DNA of 64,000 nucleotides. Source: Desulfobacteraceae bacterium. Its GTDB lineage: Bacteria; Desulfobacterota; Desulfobacteria; Desulfobacterales; SURF-7. The DNA lies in assembly GCA_003599865.1 (NCBI GenBank), contig QZKS01000088.1, positions 6,682-70,681 of the forward strand, read 5' to 3'. The position numbers and the translations under genes are program-made. Below are positions 9,589-20,505 of this stretch, piece by piece. Each line of letters starts with the position of its first letter. Within the stretch, counting starts at the first letter, position 1. The notes beneath the pieces are model-generated. The model searched no databases. It saw only the letters and a list, made by a program, of their open reading frames with translations, and was not told the DNA's origin.

Positions 9589-12075
9589 ATGAATATGCAA
9601 GACATACAAGTGGTGGATGCGGGACCGAAGATCAGTATTGAGACCGAGATGAAGAAGTCTTATCTCGAATATGCGATGAGTGTCATTATCGGCCGGGCGC
9701 TGCCGGATGTGCGTGATGGATTGAAACCGGTACACCGCAGGGTTCTGTTTGCCATGCGGGAACTCAAAAATGATTGGAACAAACCCTATAAAAAATCTGC
9801 CCGTATTGTCGGAGATGTCATTGGTAAATATCATCCGCATGGAGATACGGCGGTCTATGACACCATTGTTCGAATGGCGCAGGATTTTTCCCTGCGATAT
9901 CCGTTTGTAGATGGTCAAGGTAACTTTGGTTCTGTAGACGGGGATTCAGCGGCTGCGATGAGATATACGGAAATCCGCATGATGCGGCTCGCGCATGAAA
10001 TGCTGGATGATCTGGATAAGGAAACCGTAACATTTATCCCCAATTATGATGAATCCCTTACCGAACCATCGGTGCTTCCGGCCAAGATTCCAGCCCTCTT
10101 GATAAACGGCTCCTCCGGAATTGCCGTCGGCATGGCAACCAATATTCCGCCCCATAATCTGACGGAAGTCATCAATGCCATCACCGCTCTAATTGATAAC
10201 CCGGATATTACCTGGCAGGAGCTGCTGGAGCACATTCCGGGACCGGATTTCCCGACCGCAGGGATCATTTATGGTACCAGCGGTATCCATGAAGCATACA
10301 AAACCGGAAGAGGTATTATTCGTGTTCGTGCCAGAGTGGAGGTTGAGAAAGATCGGACAACGGACATGGAGACAATCGTCATTTCAGAGCTTCCGTATCA
10401 GGTCAACAAGGCCCGGCTTATTGAAACCATCGCGCAATTGGTTCGGAACAAGCAGATTGAGGGAGTGCGATATGTACGGGATGAGTCGGACCGGCATGGA
10501 ATGCGGATTGCAATCGGATTAAAAAAAGATCAATTTTCCGAAATCATCATTAACAAACTGTTTAAACATACCCGGTTGGAAAATAGTTTTGGGATTATTT
10601 TTCTTGCCGTAGTCAACAATCGGCCTGAGATTCTTTCCCTAAAAGAGATTCTGGAACACTTTGTCCTTCATCGCAGGGAAATTATTGTAAAGCGGACCCG
10701 GTTCGAGCTTGCGAAAGCAGAAGCAAGAGCACATGTATTGGAAGGCCTGAAGATTGCCCTGGATAATCTGGATGAAGTGGTTGCATTGATCCGGGCATCA
10801 AAATCACCTCAGGAAGCGAAATCCGGATTGATGGAGCGGTTTGCCCTTTCTGAAATTCAGGCCCAGGCAATCCTGGAAATGCGCCTACAGCGGTTAACCG
10901 GTCTTGAGCAGGAGAAAATTTTAGAAGAATACCAGGCGGTGCTTAAGGATATTGAGCGTTATAAGGCCATTCTTGGCAGTGCTCGGCTGGTGCTTGATAT
11001 TATCAAAGACGAACTTTCTCAGATTAAAAGTGAATTTGGAGATGCGAGAAGGACGCAAATTGTCCAGGCGACAAAAGAGATCACCATGGCCGATATGATC
11101 GCTGAAGAAGATATGGTCGTGACCATTACCCAAAGCGGCTATATCAAACGAAATCCCATCACTCTGTATCAGCAGCAAAACCGGGGGGGTAAGGGAAAAA
11201 CAGCGATGGGCACCAAGGATGAGGATTTTGTTGAGCATTTATTTGTCGCATCCACACATCACAACTTTTTGTTTTTCACAAATAATGGAAAGGTTTACTG
11301 GTGCAAGGTATATGACATCCCGCAAGCAGGCCGTGCCAGCAGGGGTAAGGCGATTGTGAATCTGCTTGATTTCGATCAGGATGAAAAATTGACAACGGTC
11401 CTGGCCGTACCGGAATTTGAGCCGGGATATCATATCATGATGGCAACCAGAAAGGGTACGGTGAAAAAGACGGATTTGATGGCATACAGCAGACCGAGAA
11501 CCGGCGGTATCATTGCGCTGAATCTGGCAGAAGGAGATGAATTGATTTCGGCCAGAATAACCGACGGAACCATGAATGTTTTCCTCTGCACGGCAAATGG
11601 AAAATCAATTCGATTTCTGGAATCGGATATCCGGCCTTCCGGCAGAATTGCACGGGGGGTAAGAGGAATCCGGTTGGTAAAGGATGACCGGCTCATCGGC
11701 ATGGAAGTTTTGAGTCATGGCCAGACCCTTTTTACGGTGACGGAAAACGGGTTTGGGAAACGCACATCCATTGATGAGTATCCTGTTCAGAAAAGAGGCG
11801 GGCAGGGTGTCATAACAATTAAAACCAATGTTCGTAACGGCAATGTTGTTGCCATTCTTCTGGTCGATGAAGATGATGATATTATGCTGATGGCAGACAG
11901 CGGCAAGTTGATCCGGATGGCGGTAAAGGGAATTTCCGTGATCAGCCGCAACACCCAGGGCGTTAAGCTGATTGAAATGGAAGCCCATGAGAAGGTGGCC
12001 GGTGCGGCAAGGCTGGCAGAGAAAGAAGAAGAAAATGATGATGAAAATATAGAAAACATAGAAAATGAAGAATAA
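9589..12075 (+). CDS. gyrA: DNA gyrase subunit A
   Basis: Contains DGLKPVHRR, the active-site context AAMRYTE, C-terminal beta-pinwheel repeats and an acidic tail. Confidence 0.97.
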   Translation: MNMQDIQVVDAGPKISIETEMKKSYLEYAMSVIIGRALPDVRDGLKPVHRRVLFAMRELKNDWNKPYKKSARIVGDVIGKYHPHGDTAVYDTIVRMAQDFSLRYPFVDGQGNFGSVDGDSAAAMRYTEIRMMRLAHEMLDDLDKETVTFIPNYDESLTEPSVLPAKIPALLINGSSGIAVGMATNIPPHNLTEVINAITALIDNPDITWQELLEHIPGPDFPTAGIIYGTSGIHEAYKTGRGIIRVRARVEVEKDRTTDMETIVISELPYQVNKARLIETIAQLVRNKQIEGVRYVRDESDRHGMRIAIGLKKDQFSEIIINKLFKHTRLENSFGIIFLAVVNNRPEILSLKEILEHFVLHRREIIVKRTRFELAKAEARAHVLEGLKIALDNLDEVVALIRASKSPQEAKSGLMERFALSEIQAQAILEMRLQRLTGLEQEKILEEYQAVLKDIERYKAILGSARLVLDIIKDELSQIKSEFGDARRTQIVQATKEITMADMIAEEDMVVTITQSGYIKRNPITLYQQQNRGGKGKTAMGTKDEDFVEHLFVASTHHNFLFFTNNGKVYWCKVYDIPQAGRASRGKAIVNLLDFDQDEKLTTVLAVPEFEPGYHIMMATRKGTVKKTDLMAYSRPRTGGIIALNLAEGDELISARITDGTMNVFLCTANGKSIRFLESDIRPSGRIARGVRGIRLVKDDRLIGMEVLSHGQTLFTVTENGFGKRTSIDEYPVQKRGGQGVITIKTNVRNGNVVAILLVDEDDDIMLMADSGKLIRMAVKGISVISRNTQGVKLIEMEAHEKVAGAARLAEKEEENDDENIENIENEE

Positions 12076-13112
12076 TGGATCATATGCTTGTTGATATTAA
12101 TAAGACAAAGATCGGGGTTGTCGGTGCTGGTTCATGGGGAACGGCGCTGGCCAATCAGTTGGCTGAAAAAGGATTTATCATAGACCTTTGGGTGTTTGAG
12201 AGCCAGGTGAAACAGGAAATACTGGAACACCGCGAAAACAGCATTTTTCTTCCCGGCATTACACTCTCGAAAAACATTCTCCCGTCCAATGATTTTCATC
12301 CGGTTGCATCCGACAAGGATCTTCTTCTGGTTGTCGTTCCTTCCCATCTCATGCGGGAGACAATGACCAGACTGAAGGATTTAGTATCGGAAAAAACAAT
12401 TCTCGTATCTGCATCAAAGGGTATCGAAAACAAAACACACCTGACCATGTCCGGTGTACTGAAAGAGGTTTTTTCAAACCGATTGAAAGAAAAATTTGCC
12501 GTGCTGTCAGGACCCAGCTTTGCGAAGGAGGTTGCCCGCGGTGTTCCAACCCTTGTAACCGTAGCGGCGGAGAATCAGATGGTAGCTGAATTTGTCCAGC
12601 ATGTCTTTGCAACACCCACTTTTCGCGTTTACACTATTGATGATATGATTGGTGTTGAACTCGGAGGGGCTGTAAAAAATGTAATCGCTATCGCATCCGG
12701 AATTGTGGATGGATTGGGGCTGGGTCTGAATACCCGTGCCGCCCTGATTACCAGAGGACTCACGGAAATAAGAAGGCTTGGCCTTCGGCTGGGCGCCAAG
12801 CCGGAGACGTTTTCAGGCCTTGCCGGGGTGGGGGATCTCATGCTCACCTGTACCGGGGATTTAAGCCGGAATCATACTGTGGGAAAGCAGATCGGGCAGG
12901 GAAGAAAATTACAGGAAATCTTAGGCGAGATGCGGATGGTGGCCGAAGGTGTAAAGACGGCAAAGTCTGTTTATAATCTATCCAGAAAACTGGATGTTGA
13001 AATGCCGATATCCCATGAGGTGTATCGGGTGTTGTATGAGGACCGATCGCCTGCGGATGCTGTTTATCGACTGATGACAAGAAGTCTGAAAAATGAATTT
13101 GATGAAGTCTGA
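12075..13112 (+). CDS. gpsA: NAD(P)H-dependent glycerol-3-phosphate dehydrogenase
   Basis: Contains IGVVGAGSWGTALA, the Rossmann motif, and GpsA-like sequence throughout. Its start overlaps the gyrA stop (TAATG). Confidence 0.92.
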   Translation: MDHMLVDINKTKIGVVGAGSWGTALANQLAEKGFIIDLWVFESQVKQEILEHRENSIFLPGITLSKNILPSNDFHPVASDKDLLLVVVPSHLMRETMTRLKDLVSEKTILVSASKGIENKTHLTMSGVLKEVFSNRLKEKFAVLSGPSFAKEVARGVPTLVTVAAENQMVAEFVQHVFATPTFRVYTIDDMIGVELGGAVKNVIAIASGIVDGLGLGLNTRAALITRGLTEIRRLGLRLGAKPETFSGLAGVGDLMLTCTGDLSRNHTVGKQIGQGRKLQEILGEMRMVAEGVKTAKSVYNLSRKLDVEMPISHEVYRVLYEDRSPADAVYRLMTRSLKNEFDEV

Positions 13113-13127
13113 TGATGCTTTTCTCAT

Positions 13128-13847
13128 ATGGAAAAGAAACAAGCGCATAAAGGATCCGGACACCGCAATCGACTCAGAGAGAAATTTTTGGAATCCGGGC
13201 TGTCCGGTTTTCATGACTATGAAATTATAGAACTGCTTCTCACCCTTGCTACCCCGAGAAAAGACTGCAAGGATGCGGCCAAGGACGCGTTGGAAAGATT
13301 TCAATCTTTACCCGGTGTTTTTGAAGCGTCCAAGGAAGAGCTTTTGTCCGTGAACGGAATTGGACCCAAGAACCTTCTTGGTATCCAACTGATCAAGGCT
13401 GTCTCGGACAGATATCTTGAAAAAAAAATACGGGTCAGGGATCTCGTTCAAAACTCCCGGGATCTTTTTAACTATTTGTATCAAACATTACGAGACAAAT
13501 CGCAGGAGTGTTTTTCCGTAATTTTTCTGGATGCTAAAAACAGGGTCATCGACTCAAACGTTCTTTTTAAAGGAACATTAACCGAAAGCGCTGTCTATTC
13601 ACGTGAGGTGATCAAGATGGCACTGGAGAAAAGAGCGGCGGCATTAATTTTTGCTCATAATCATCCATCCGGTGATCCGGAACCATCGAACGTTGACATT
13701 CTCATTACCAAACGGCTACTGTTTGCATGCAAGGTTGTTGGGATAACGGTTCATGAACATATTATTATCGGGGATAATCGTTATTTCAGCTTTGCCGATC
13801 AAGGCCATATTCACCGTATGACTCGAGAATGTGAAGGTAACCTGTAA
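13128..13847 (+). CDS. radC: RadC-family JAB/MPN domain protein
   Basis: The C-terminal JAMM motif HNHPSGDPEPS is preceded by a helix-hairpin-helix-like N-terminal region. Confidence 0.88.
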   Translation: MEKKQAHKGSGHRNRLREKFLESGLSGFHDYEIIELLLTLATPRKDCKDAAKDALERFQSLPGVFEASKEELLSVNGIGPKNLLGIQLIKAVSDRYLEKKIRVRDLVQNSRDLFNYLYQTLRDKSQECFSVIFLDAKNRVIDSNVLFKGTLTESAVYSREVIKMALEKRAAALIFAHNHPSGDPEPSNVDILITKRLLFACKVVGITVHEHIIIGDNRYFSFADQGHIHRMTRECEGNL

Positions 13848-13870
13848 TCTGGTCGTCAATAGAAATCCAT

Positions 13871-14155
13871 ATGAATGATCAAGTACACAACGAAGTGCCG
13901 GCATGTTTTGGAAAGCTCGATATTGTTTTTCCGAAAAAAGATGACGGATTGCGGCATAGTCCGGAGTCCTGTATGCCATGTTTTTATAAAACAGAATGCC
14001 TGCGATCGGCGATAGACGGATCGGATGGAGTGCAGGTAAAAGAGGAGCGGACCGACAGGGCATATGAATCCGGGCTCATTGGTTTCTTTGAAAGATGGTC
14101 CACGAAAAAAGAGCTCAACCGAAAAAAACAAAAAAAGAACAAAACAGTTTCATAA
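13871..14155 (+). CDS. Hypothetical small Cys-rich protein with a basic tail
   Basis: 94 aa with five Cys in the N-terminal half (C12, C34, C37, C43 region) and a Lys-rich C-terminus (RKKQKKNK). I recognise no family. Confidence 0.4.
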   Translation: MNDQVHNEVPACFGKLDIVFPKKDDGLRHSPESCMPCFYKTECLRSAIDGSDGVQVKEERTDRAYESGLIGFFERWSTKKELNRKKQKKNKTVS

Positions 14156-14209
14156 CTATTTTCATACGAGAAAATAGTATACGGGATCCTTTTAAGAAGG
14201 AGATACAAA

Positions 14210-15406
14210 ATGAAAAAATTGTTTATTGAGGACATTCAACTGGCAGGAAAGCGCGTTTTGATGCGTGTCGATTTCAATGTGCCGATGGAAAACGGTTTGG
14301 TGACAAACGATAAGCGGATTCGTGCCGCCCTTCCTACGATTCAATATGTTCTGGAAAAAAAAGGCAGGTTGATTCTTATCTCCCATCTGGGACGTCCAAA
14401 AGGAAAACGGATTCCAGAGATGTCTCTGGCCCCGTGTGCGAAGGCACTTTCAGCAATTTTGGGCAAAACAGTAGCGTTTGCGGATGATTGTATCGGTGCA
14501 TCTGTGGAAAAGGCCGTGAATAATCTTTCGGATGGTGAGAGCATTCTTCTTGAAAATTTACGCTATCATGATGCGGAGACCAAAAATGATCCGGAATTTG
14601 CAAAGAAACTTGCAAGTTTGGGGGATGTTTATGTGAACGATGCTTTTGGTACAGCGCATCGAGCCCATGCTTCAACGGATGGCGTAACGCGATATATCGA
14701 TCAATGTGCTGCAGGATACCTTTTAATGAAGGAATTGAATTACCTGGGGCAAATCAACGACAATGCGGAAAGGCCATTTGTGGCCATCCTCGGCGGGGCA
14801 AAAATTTCCGGTAAAATTGATGTGATTTCCAATCTGCTTCCAAAGGTAGATCGCCTGATTATTGGAGGGGGCATGGCCTATACATTTTACAAGGCGATGG
14901 GATATGGAATCGGAAATTCTCTTCTGGAGGAAGACAAGGTAAGGCTTGCGGAAGATCTTCTCAAAAAGGGAGGGGAAAAGCTGATATTGCCGAAAGACTG
15001 CATGGTGTCGGATGAATTTGATTTTCAGACAAGGAAGATCGGTACCTTGAAACCGGTAAAATGCAATGCCATTCCGGATAAGGCTTTTGGACTGGATATT
15101 GGGCCTGAATCAATTGAAATTTTTGGCAAGATCTTAAAAGGGGCAAAAACCATTATATGGAACGGGCCCATGGGTGTTTTTGAGATTCCGGAAACGGCTA
15201 AAGGCACCTATGCCATTGCCGGTATGTTGGCAGAATCGACGGAAAGAGGTGCCATCACTGTGGTTGGCGGTGGAGATTCGGCAGCAGCCGTCAAGCAGGC
15301 GGGGGTCGCAGATAAGGTATCGCATGTTTCGACCGGTGGCGGCGCATCGCTCGAATTTTTGGAAGGAAAGATACTTCCCGGTGTGGCAGCATTAACAGAC
15401 AAGTAG
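14210..15406 (+). CDS. pgk: Phosphoglycerate kinase
   Basis: Contains [15 protein letters not shown] and GGGDSAAA. A strong RBS (AAGGAGA) precedes the start. Confidence 0.97.
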   Translation: MKKLFIEDIQLAGKRVLMRVDFNVPMENGLVTNDKRIRAALPTIQYVLEKKGRLILISHLGRPKGKRIPEMSLAPCAKALSAILGKTVAFADDCIGASVEKAVNNLSDGESILLENLRYHDAETKNDPEFAKKLASLGDVYVNDAFGTAHRAHASTDGVTRYIDQCAAGYLLMKELNYLGQINDNAERPFVAILGGAKISGKIDVISNLLPKVDRLIIGGGMAYTFYKAMGYGIGNSLLEEDKVRLAEDLLKKGGEKLILPKDCMVSDEFDFQTRKIGTLKPVKCNAIPDKAFGLDIGPESIEIFGKILKGAKTIIWNGPMGVFEIPETAKGTYAIAGMLAESTERGAITVVGGGDSAAAVKQAGVADKVSHVSTGGGASLEFLEGKILPGVAALTDK

Positions 15407-15488
15407 AATGGTGTTTTGATGCATAAATAGCATAGTATGATCATTACGAATAACGGTTGGATCATCCGGTGAGCAGGAAAAAATCGAT

Positions 15489-16205
15489 TTGAAAAAATTC
15501 GTATCTTCCCTCTATTCAGTGATCGTTCTGCTTGGATTACTGTTGCTGTCTGCTTTTTTCATCATATTTTTTAAAACCCAGATCTGGGGTGCAGTACTTT
15601 CGGGTTATACGTTTCTTAGCGACAGAGACGAAATTCATCGTTTCATATCATCATTTGGCGGTTGGGCGCCTGTTATCTTTATTCTGTTCCAGCTTCTTCA
15701 GGTTATTTTTGCACCAGTACCAGGAGAGGCAAGCGGTTTTATCGGCGGGTATCTTTTTGGTGCCCTTCCCGGTTTTTGTTATTCGTGTATCGGCTTAACC
15801 ATTGGTTCCTGGATCAATTTTATCATCGGGCGCTTTCTCGGAAAAAAGTATATTCGAAAATTGATTCCTCAAAAGTTTATTGACCGGTTTGAGCCCTTGT
15901 TACAAAAACAGGGCATTTTTGTATTGATCATCCTATTTATTTTTCCCGGTTTTCCAAAGGATTATCTGTGTTTGTTTCTGGGAATGACGGCCCTGCCGGT
16001 AAAGGTGTTCATGGTTATTTCCAGTGTCGGCCGGATGCCGGGGACACTCATGCTGAGCTTGCAGGGAGCTTATGTGTTTGAAAGAATGTATGGGCTTTTT
16101 GCAGTTATTTTCGGTATCAGCATGGTAGTTGTTTTGCTGACGTATCGATTTCGTAAAGTTTTGTACTGCTATATGGAGCGGGTAAATGATAAATCTCTAT
16201 CTTGA
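15489..16205 (+). CDS. TVP38/TMEM64 (DedA-related, SNARE-associated) membrane protein
   Basis: Polytopic protein with the family-like motif [20 protein letters not shown]. It uses a TTG start. Confidence 0.65.
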   Translation: MKKFVSSLYSVIVLLGLLLLSAFFIIFFKTQIWGAVLSGYTFLSDRDEIHRFISSFGGWAPVIFILFQLLQVIFAPVPGEASGFIGGYLFGALPGFCYSCIGLTIGSWINFIIGRFLGKKYIRKLIPQKFIDRFEPLLQKQGIFVLIILFIFPGFPKDYLCLFLGMTALPVKVFMVISSVGRMPGTLMLSLQGAYVFERMYGLFAVIFGISMVVVLLTYRFRKVLYCYMERVNDKSLS

Positions 16206-16349
16206 CGGTCACTTAAAATAGTGGTATTCATTATAAATTTCATATCATCATCAATTTTTTAAGAAGGAGTCCATCAAAAATATTGACTGGTAATGGATTA
16301 AATCAACAGAGCTTATATCTGGATTAAACCGAGATACGCTGTATAGGAG

Positions 16350-17432
16350 ATGACATTGGGTTTCTGGACATACAGAGAAGCGTTGAGCAATGAAAACAGG
16401 CTAAGGAGATCCTATTATGAGCTGCTGAGAGATGAGCTGGATCAGTTTATTCTTCAATATGCTCTTACCGATTCTTATTACAATTTCATCAACCGTAACA
16501 TTCCTTACCCTTTTGTAGAGCGCCGTGAATTAAAACCAAGGGCACGAATACCCAATCTGGAATATGAATCACAAAATTCTTTTCTGGTAATCTTTCTGGA
16601 AGAGACCATTCCCGATGTCCATAAAAAATATATTCGTTTTTTCGATGTCAACAAGACCACAAAGATCAACCTTCTTCAAACAAAGGCGTTATCCCTGGAA
16701 AAAAAATTTGATAGAAATCAGAAATATTTGGATTCCGCTCATTTTTTTGACTTCCTTAGACAGCTTCTGCCTGTGGATTATGCGCTCCTTATACAAAGAG
16801 ATCCCACGAGTCACAGCAGAAACAGATATGCCATGTCTCATTTTCATGTCCGCATTGATTGGCCGATTGCGGATGCTGCTGAAAATCTTGCTCGAAGCCT
16901 GCGGTATATTTCAAAGGATATCTACGAAAAAGGGGATAAATACGCAGAGGACATCCAGAAAAAATTATTTGAATACTATGGGCTTCCGGTTATGGTTGGC
17001 GGACGAAGAACAGCTGCTATCGTGGCGGCGCAATATATTAAACAGCTGGGATGCCTCTCCACGGTATATGCAGGAAGCAGTGAATCCAGAGCATTAATCC
17101 GAATCTCCGAACGAGGGGTATCAAAATCAATCTTGATAAAATTTACAAAAGAGGAAGTGGATCAGATCGCAGAAAGCAATAAGCTTTCAACAAGAACGTT
17201 TTCCAAAAATTATGCGATTTCGCATGAAGATGCTGATAAGAACAACAAGGAATCGGTTTGTTTGTTTCAAGCGACCTACGCGTATACGGATCATGCCCGG
17301 CCACCGGATGATGGAAAATTGAGGGATATCAATCCGGATCCTTACTGGCTGATTGTGGGAGCGCAGCATATCCTCCCCAAACCCGGTGTGTGGAAATATC
17401 CTCCGATTCCCATGAATGTCATATACTCTTAG
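16350..17432 (+). CDS. Hypothetical protein (no recognisable domain)
   Basis: 360-aa ORF preceded by TAGGAGA. It is soluble and charged, and I recognise no motif. Confidence 0.5.
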   Translation: MTLGFWTYREALSNENRLRRSYYELLRDELDQFILQYALTDSYYNFINRNIPYPFVERRELKPRARIPNLEYESQNSFLVIFLEETIPDVHKKYIRFFDVNKTTKINLLQTKALSLEKKFDRNQKYLDSAHFFDFLRQLLPVDYALLIQRDPTSHSRNRYAMSHFHVRIDWPIADAAENLARSLRYISKDIYEKGDKYAEDIQKKLFEYYGLPVMVGGRRTAAIVAAQYIKQLGCLSTVYAGSSESRALIRISERGVSKSILIKFTKEEVDQIAESNKLSTRTFSKNYAISHEDADKNNKESVCLFQATYAYTDHARPPDDGKLRDINPDPYWLIVGAQHILPKPGVWKYPPIPMNVIYS

Positions 17433-17439
17433 CCGGTAA

Positions 17440-17949
17440 TTATGGCTGAAGTTTCTTCATCATGGCGGTTTCGTCACAGTCTGGAAATTTTACACATAAA
17501 AGGCAGTCTGCCCAGATTTTATGGGGGAGGTTTGCTTTGTCAATGGTTTGGAAATCAAACTTTTTAAAGAAATCCGGCTTATAAGTAAGCGTGAACACAT
17601 TTTTGATTTGAAACGTTCTGGCTTCGGAAAGGATGGCTTCAACAAGTCTTGTTCCGATTTTTTGTCTCTCATATTCAGCAGACACGGCAAGGGATCGGAT
17701 CTCTGCCAGATCTTCCCAGCAAAATTGAAGCGCTCCGCAACCAACAATCGCTTTTGTATCCGTATCCTCAAAAACAAAAAAATCCCTTACATGATCGTAA
17801 AGCTGACTGAGCGGCCTTGGGAGCAATTCACCTTTGTTTCCATATTCATTTAGAATTTTATGGATGGATTGAATATCTTTTGTGGTTGCTTTTCGAATCA
17901 TGGGGGGGTTATAGCATTCTTTTCTATTTAAGGGAAGACCATGTTTCAT
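17440..17949 (-). CDS. GNAT family N-acetyltransferase (ArgA-like short form)
   Basis: Acetyl-CoA-binding motif region IRSLAVSAEYERQKIGTRLVEA. The true start may be the internal MIRKATTKD (17901). Confidence 0.75.
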   Translation of the reverse strand: MKHGLPLNRKECYNPPMIRKATTKDIQSIHKILNEYGNKGELLPRPLSQLYDHVRDFFVFEDTDTKAIVGCGALQFCWEDLAEIRSLAVSAEYERQKIGTRLVEAILSEARTFQIKNVFTLTYKPDFFKKFDFQTIDKANLPHKIWADCLLCVKFPDCDETAMMKKLQP

Positions 17950-18023
17950 GGGGATGCAGGAGTTGTTATTGGCTTGTTCAACAGATAGAGATTTTGTTTT
18001 CCGAAACAGGATTGTAGATCTTA

Positions 18024-18725
18024 ATGGATGAAATAGGAAATCATTTGAAAATTAAAATGAAGCTGGCTTTTCTGGAACAAATGTATGCAATTTATGACCA
18101 CTATCTGGAAGATAAAGAATTCTCCTGTAAACGGTTTTGCGATTCCTGTTGTACCAGAAATGTGACCATTACAACCCTTGAAGGCAGCTATATTCTCAGA
18201 CATCTATCCTCTCAGGATCAGGGAAATCTTATTGGCTGCCTGGAGCGGGATCGATTCAAGGCGCGATTTTCTCCTGAAGTTACGATTAACCGGTTTGCAG
18301 ATTGTTGCAGAAATGGCGGCAATCCGCCTGAAGAAGAAGCGGACCCGAACTGGACCCCGTGTTCGTTACTGAAAGGGAATGAATGTCCGATATATCGGTA
18401 TCGGCCGTTTGGGTGCAGATGCCTTGTTTCAACGGTTCATTGCCGGGAAACAGGCTTTGCTCAGATCGATCCACTTCTACTGACCATAAATACAATTTTT
18501 CAACAATATATTGAACATATTGATTTACATGGAGCAACCGGCAATTTAATCGATGTCATTCTGCATCTGAAGCAGGAGGATGGAAACGAGGTCTTTCAAC
18601 GGGATAAAAAATTGAAAAATACAAACCTGGTTTCCAATACAATCTTGACATATCTGATGATCCCACCGGAACACCGGGAAGAGGTTTGGCCGATTCTGGA
18701 TTCGATACAGAGAATCCGTGTCTGA
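18024..18725 (+). CDS. YkgJ-family (UPF0153) cysteine-cluster protein
   Basis: Contains CKRFCDSCC near the N-terminus and a later CPIYRYRPFGCR, the pattern typical of YkgJ zinc/iron-chelating domain proteins. Confidence 0.6.
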   Translation: MDEIGNHLKIKMKLAFLEQMYAIYDHYLEDKEFSCKRFCDSCCTRNVTITTLEGSYILRHLSSQDQGNLIGCLERDRFKARFSPEVTINRFADCCRNGGNPPEEEADPNWTPCSLLKGNECPIYRYRPFGCRCLVSTVHCRETGFAQIDPLLLTINTIFQQYIEHIDLHGATGNLIDVILHLKQEDGNEVFQRDKKLKNTNLVSNTILTYLMIPPEHREEVWPILDSIQRIRV

Positions 18726-18755
18726 GTGGACTATCATGATTATTCAAACAGATCT

Positions 18756-19241
18756 TCAGTCATTCGGATGCACATCGTTCAAGATTATCTTGGCACCCCA
18801 TAAACCGCCGGTGGTTTCCGTTATAATTTCCACATCCCTTTCTTTTGTTGGGAGGTATTGATCGGAAACTGTCCGAGTATCGATCAATTCCGGGATGGCA
18901 AGTTTAAATTCAATCTGGTTGTTCAATGTACTGAAGGTGTTTCCGGCAATCATATTGGCCAATTCTTTTATTGTGCCTTCCCTATGTTGTGCTGTAATCT
19001 TATCCTGCTCCAGGCCCATGAAGCTTTCCGTCATATGGGCAAGAAGGTCCTTGGGAACAATAATAAGCAGACAACCTGAGAAGGGACCGGTAAAGTTAAG
19101 GCGGCAAGCCATTGAGAGATCATTGTGCATGATATCACTATTTTCCAGTGTTGCATGAATGTCGAAATCAAGAGACATGAAAAACATGGTTTCAAGCACT
19201 TCAGAAATCGAGGTCATCATCGCTGTTTTCAGGCTCTGCAT
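18756..19241 (-). CDS. cheX: CheX-like chemotaxis phosphatase
   Basis: N-terminal SISEVLETMFF and a central IKELANMIAGN match the CheX/CheC-fold pattern. The ATG at 19241 follows GGAGAA plus 7 nt and overlaps the upstream receiver gene. Confidence 0.7.
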   Translation of the reverse strand: MQSLKTAMMTSISEVLETMFFMSLDFDIHATLENSDIMHNDLSMACRLNFTGPFSGCLLIIVPKDLLAHMTESFMGLEQDKITAQHREGTIKELANMIAGNTFSTLNNQIEFKLAIPELIDTRTVSDQYLPTKERDVEIITETTGGLWGAKIILNDVHPND

Positions 19242-19623
19242 TTTCCAGTTCTCCTAAAATTTCTATTAATTTGTTTCGTATGGCCTCCGGTGTAAATGGT
19301 TTTTTTATATAACCGGCTGCTCCTTGTTCAAGGAACTCATTTACTTTCTGCTGACTGCCTTCAGTAGTTACTACCAAGACAGGAGTCGCCTGAAATGCAT
19401 TGTCCTGTTTCATGGCCTTAATGAGTTCCATTCCATTCATTTCAGGCATATTGTAGTCTGTTATTACAATATCGAGCCATGTGTTTTTCAGGATTTCCAA
19501 TGCGAGCTTTCCATTTTCCGCTTCAAAGAATTCCGCTTCAGCATATCCGGATGCCTTGATTGTTTTTTTGATAACGCCTCTCATGGGCAAGGAGTCGTCG
19601 ACGATGAGTATTTTTATGGTCAT
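19201..19623 (-). CDS. cheY: CheY-like single-domain response regulator
   Basis: Contains KILIVDDS...DIVITDYNMPEMNG...TTEG...YIKKPF, the canonical CheY layout. Confidence 0.85.
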   Translation of the reverse strand: MTIKILIVDDSLPMRGVIKKTIKASGYAEAEFFEAENGKLALEILKNTWLDIVITDYNMPEMNGMELIKAMKQDNAFQATPVLVVTTEGSQQKVNEFLEQGAAGYIKKPFTPEAIRNKLIEILGELENAEPENSDDDLDF

Positions 19624-19653
19624 ATAAAGCTCCCTCTTCCTGGGATATTCGAT

Positions 19654-20505
19654 TCAAACCGCCTGTATCAGTTCTTCCACTTTTTGCATATTTTCTCCAA
19701 ATCGCATGATGATTTCCTGCAGGTCGGATGGATTAACCCCTAGTTTATCAAGGATATCCTGATGGAATCGATATGCCAGCCCATCGGACCCTCCACCAAT
19801 ACCCATCATCATGCAGATGGTGTCTGCAAGATAAACAATTGAGGTTTCAATATCTTCATGAGCCTTTTGATCAGACATATGATGATTGGAGATGATGAAA
19901 ATCATTTTCGGACTGAATTTCCATATCTTAGCTACAAGTCCGCCCAATTCAGCGTGATCCACCCCAATGATTTTTTTTTCAGCTTCTCGAAAACTGAGAC
20001 CCTTTTTTTCCACCTGGAAGGATATTTTTTCAAAAGAATCCGATACAAAACGGTCAAGTATAACTTTACCAATATCTTTTAGAAGGGCCGCAGTAAAAAT
20101 GATATGCTTTTGCCGACTGATTCCTTTTTTTTCAGATAAATCTTTTGCAATCAAAGCCGAGGCGACCGCCTGTCTCCATAATTCTCCCTCATGCAGTCCA
20201 TAACCTTCCTGACTTTTAGTCAGATTTTCGGCTCCCCCGTGTAATAGGATCAGATCAACCATCTGGTCAATACCAAGAAATGAAATGGCGTCGCGTACGG
20301 AGTCGATTTCTCTGGACTGGCCAAAATAGGCGGAATTGCAGATTTTTAAAAGATTTGCTGTGGTGGATGGATCATATAGAACGATTTCGGCAATATCCGC
20401 GATGGAGCTGTTTGGATCTTCAATAATGGTGAGGATTTGGCCGGCTATCCGGGGTATGGGTTTGAGCATGTGTATTTCTTTGATCAGTTTTTGAATGGTA
20501 CTCAT
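19654..20505 (-). CDS. HDOD domain protein
   Basis: The N-terminal LKPIPRIAGQILTIIEDPNSSIADIAEIVLYDPSTTANLLKICNSAYFG is typical of HDOD. It is followed by a degenerate HD-like region (DHAELGG). Confidence 0.8.
   Translation of the reverse strand: MSTIQKLIKEIHMLKPIPRIAGQILTIIEDPNSSIADIAEIVLYDPSTTANLLKICNSAYFGQSREIDSVRDAISFLGIDQMVDLILLHGGAENLTKSQEGYGLHEGELWRQAVASALIAKDLSEKKGISRQKHIIFTAALLKDIGKVILDRFVSDSFEKISFQVEKKGLSFREAEKKIIGVDHAELGGLVAKIWKFSPKMIFIISNHHMSDQKAHEDIETSIVYLADTICMMMGIGGGSDGLAYRFHQDILDKLGVNPSDLQEIIMRFGENMQKVEELIQAV

Noticed and set aside
16615-17097. 160-aa alternative-frame ORF inside the orphan 360-aa gene
   Set aside because: It is on the same strand but out of frame and has no RBS. 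The longer frame, which has an RBS, is preferred. The orphan gene itself remains unverified.
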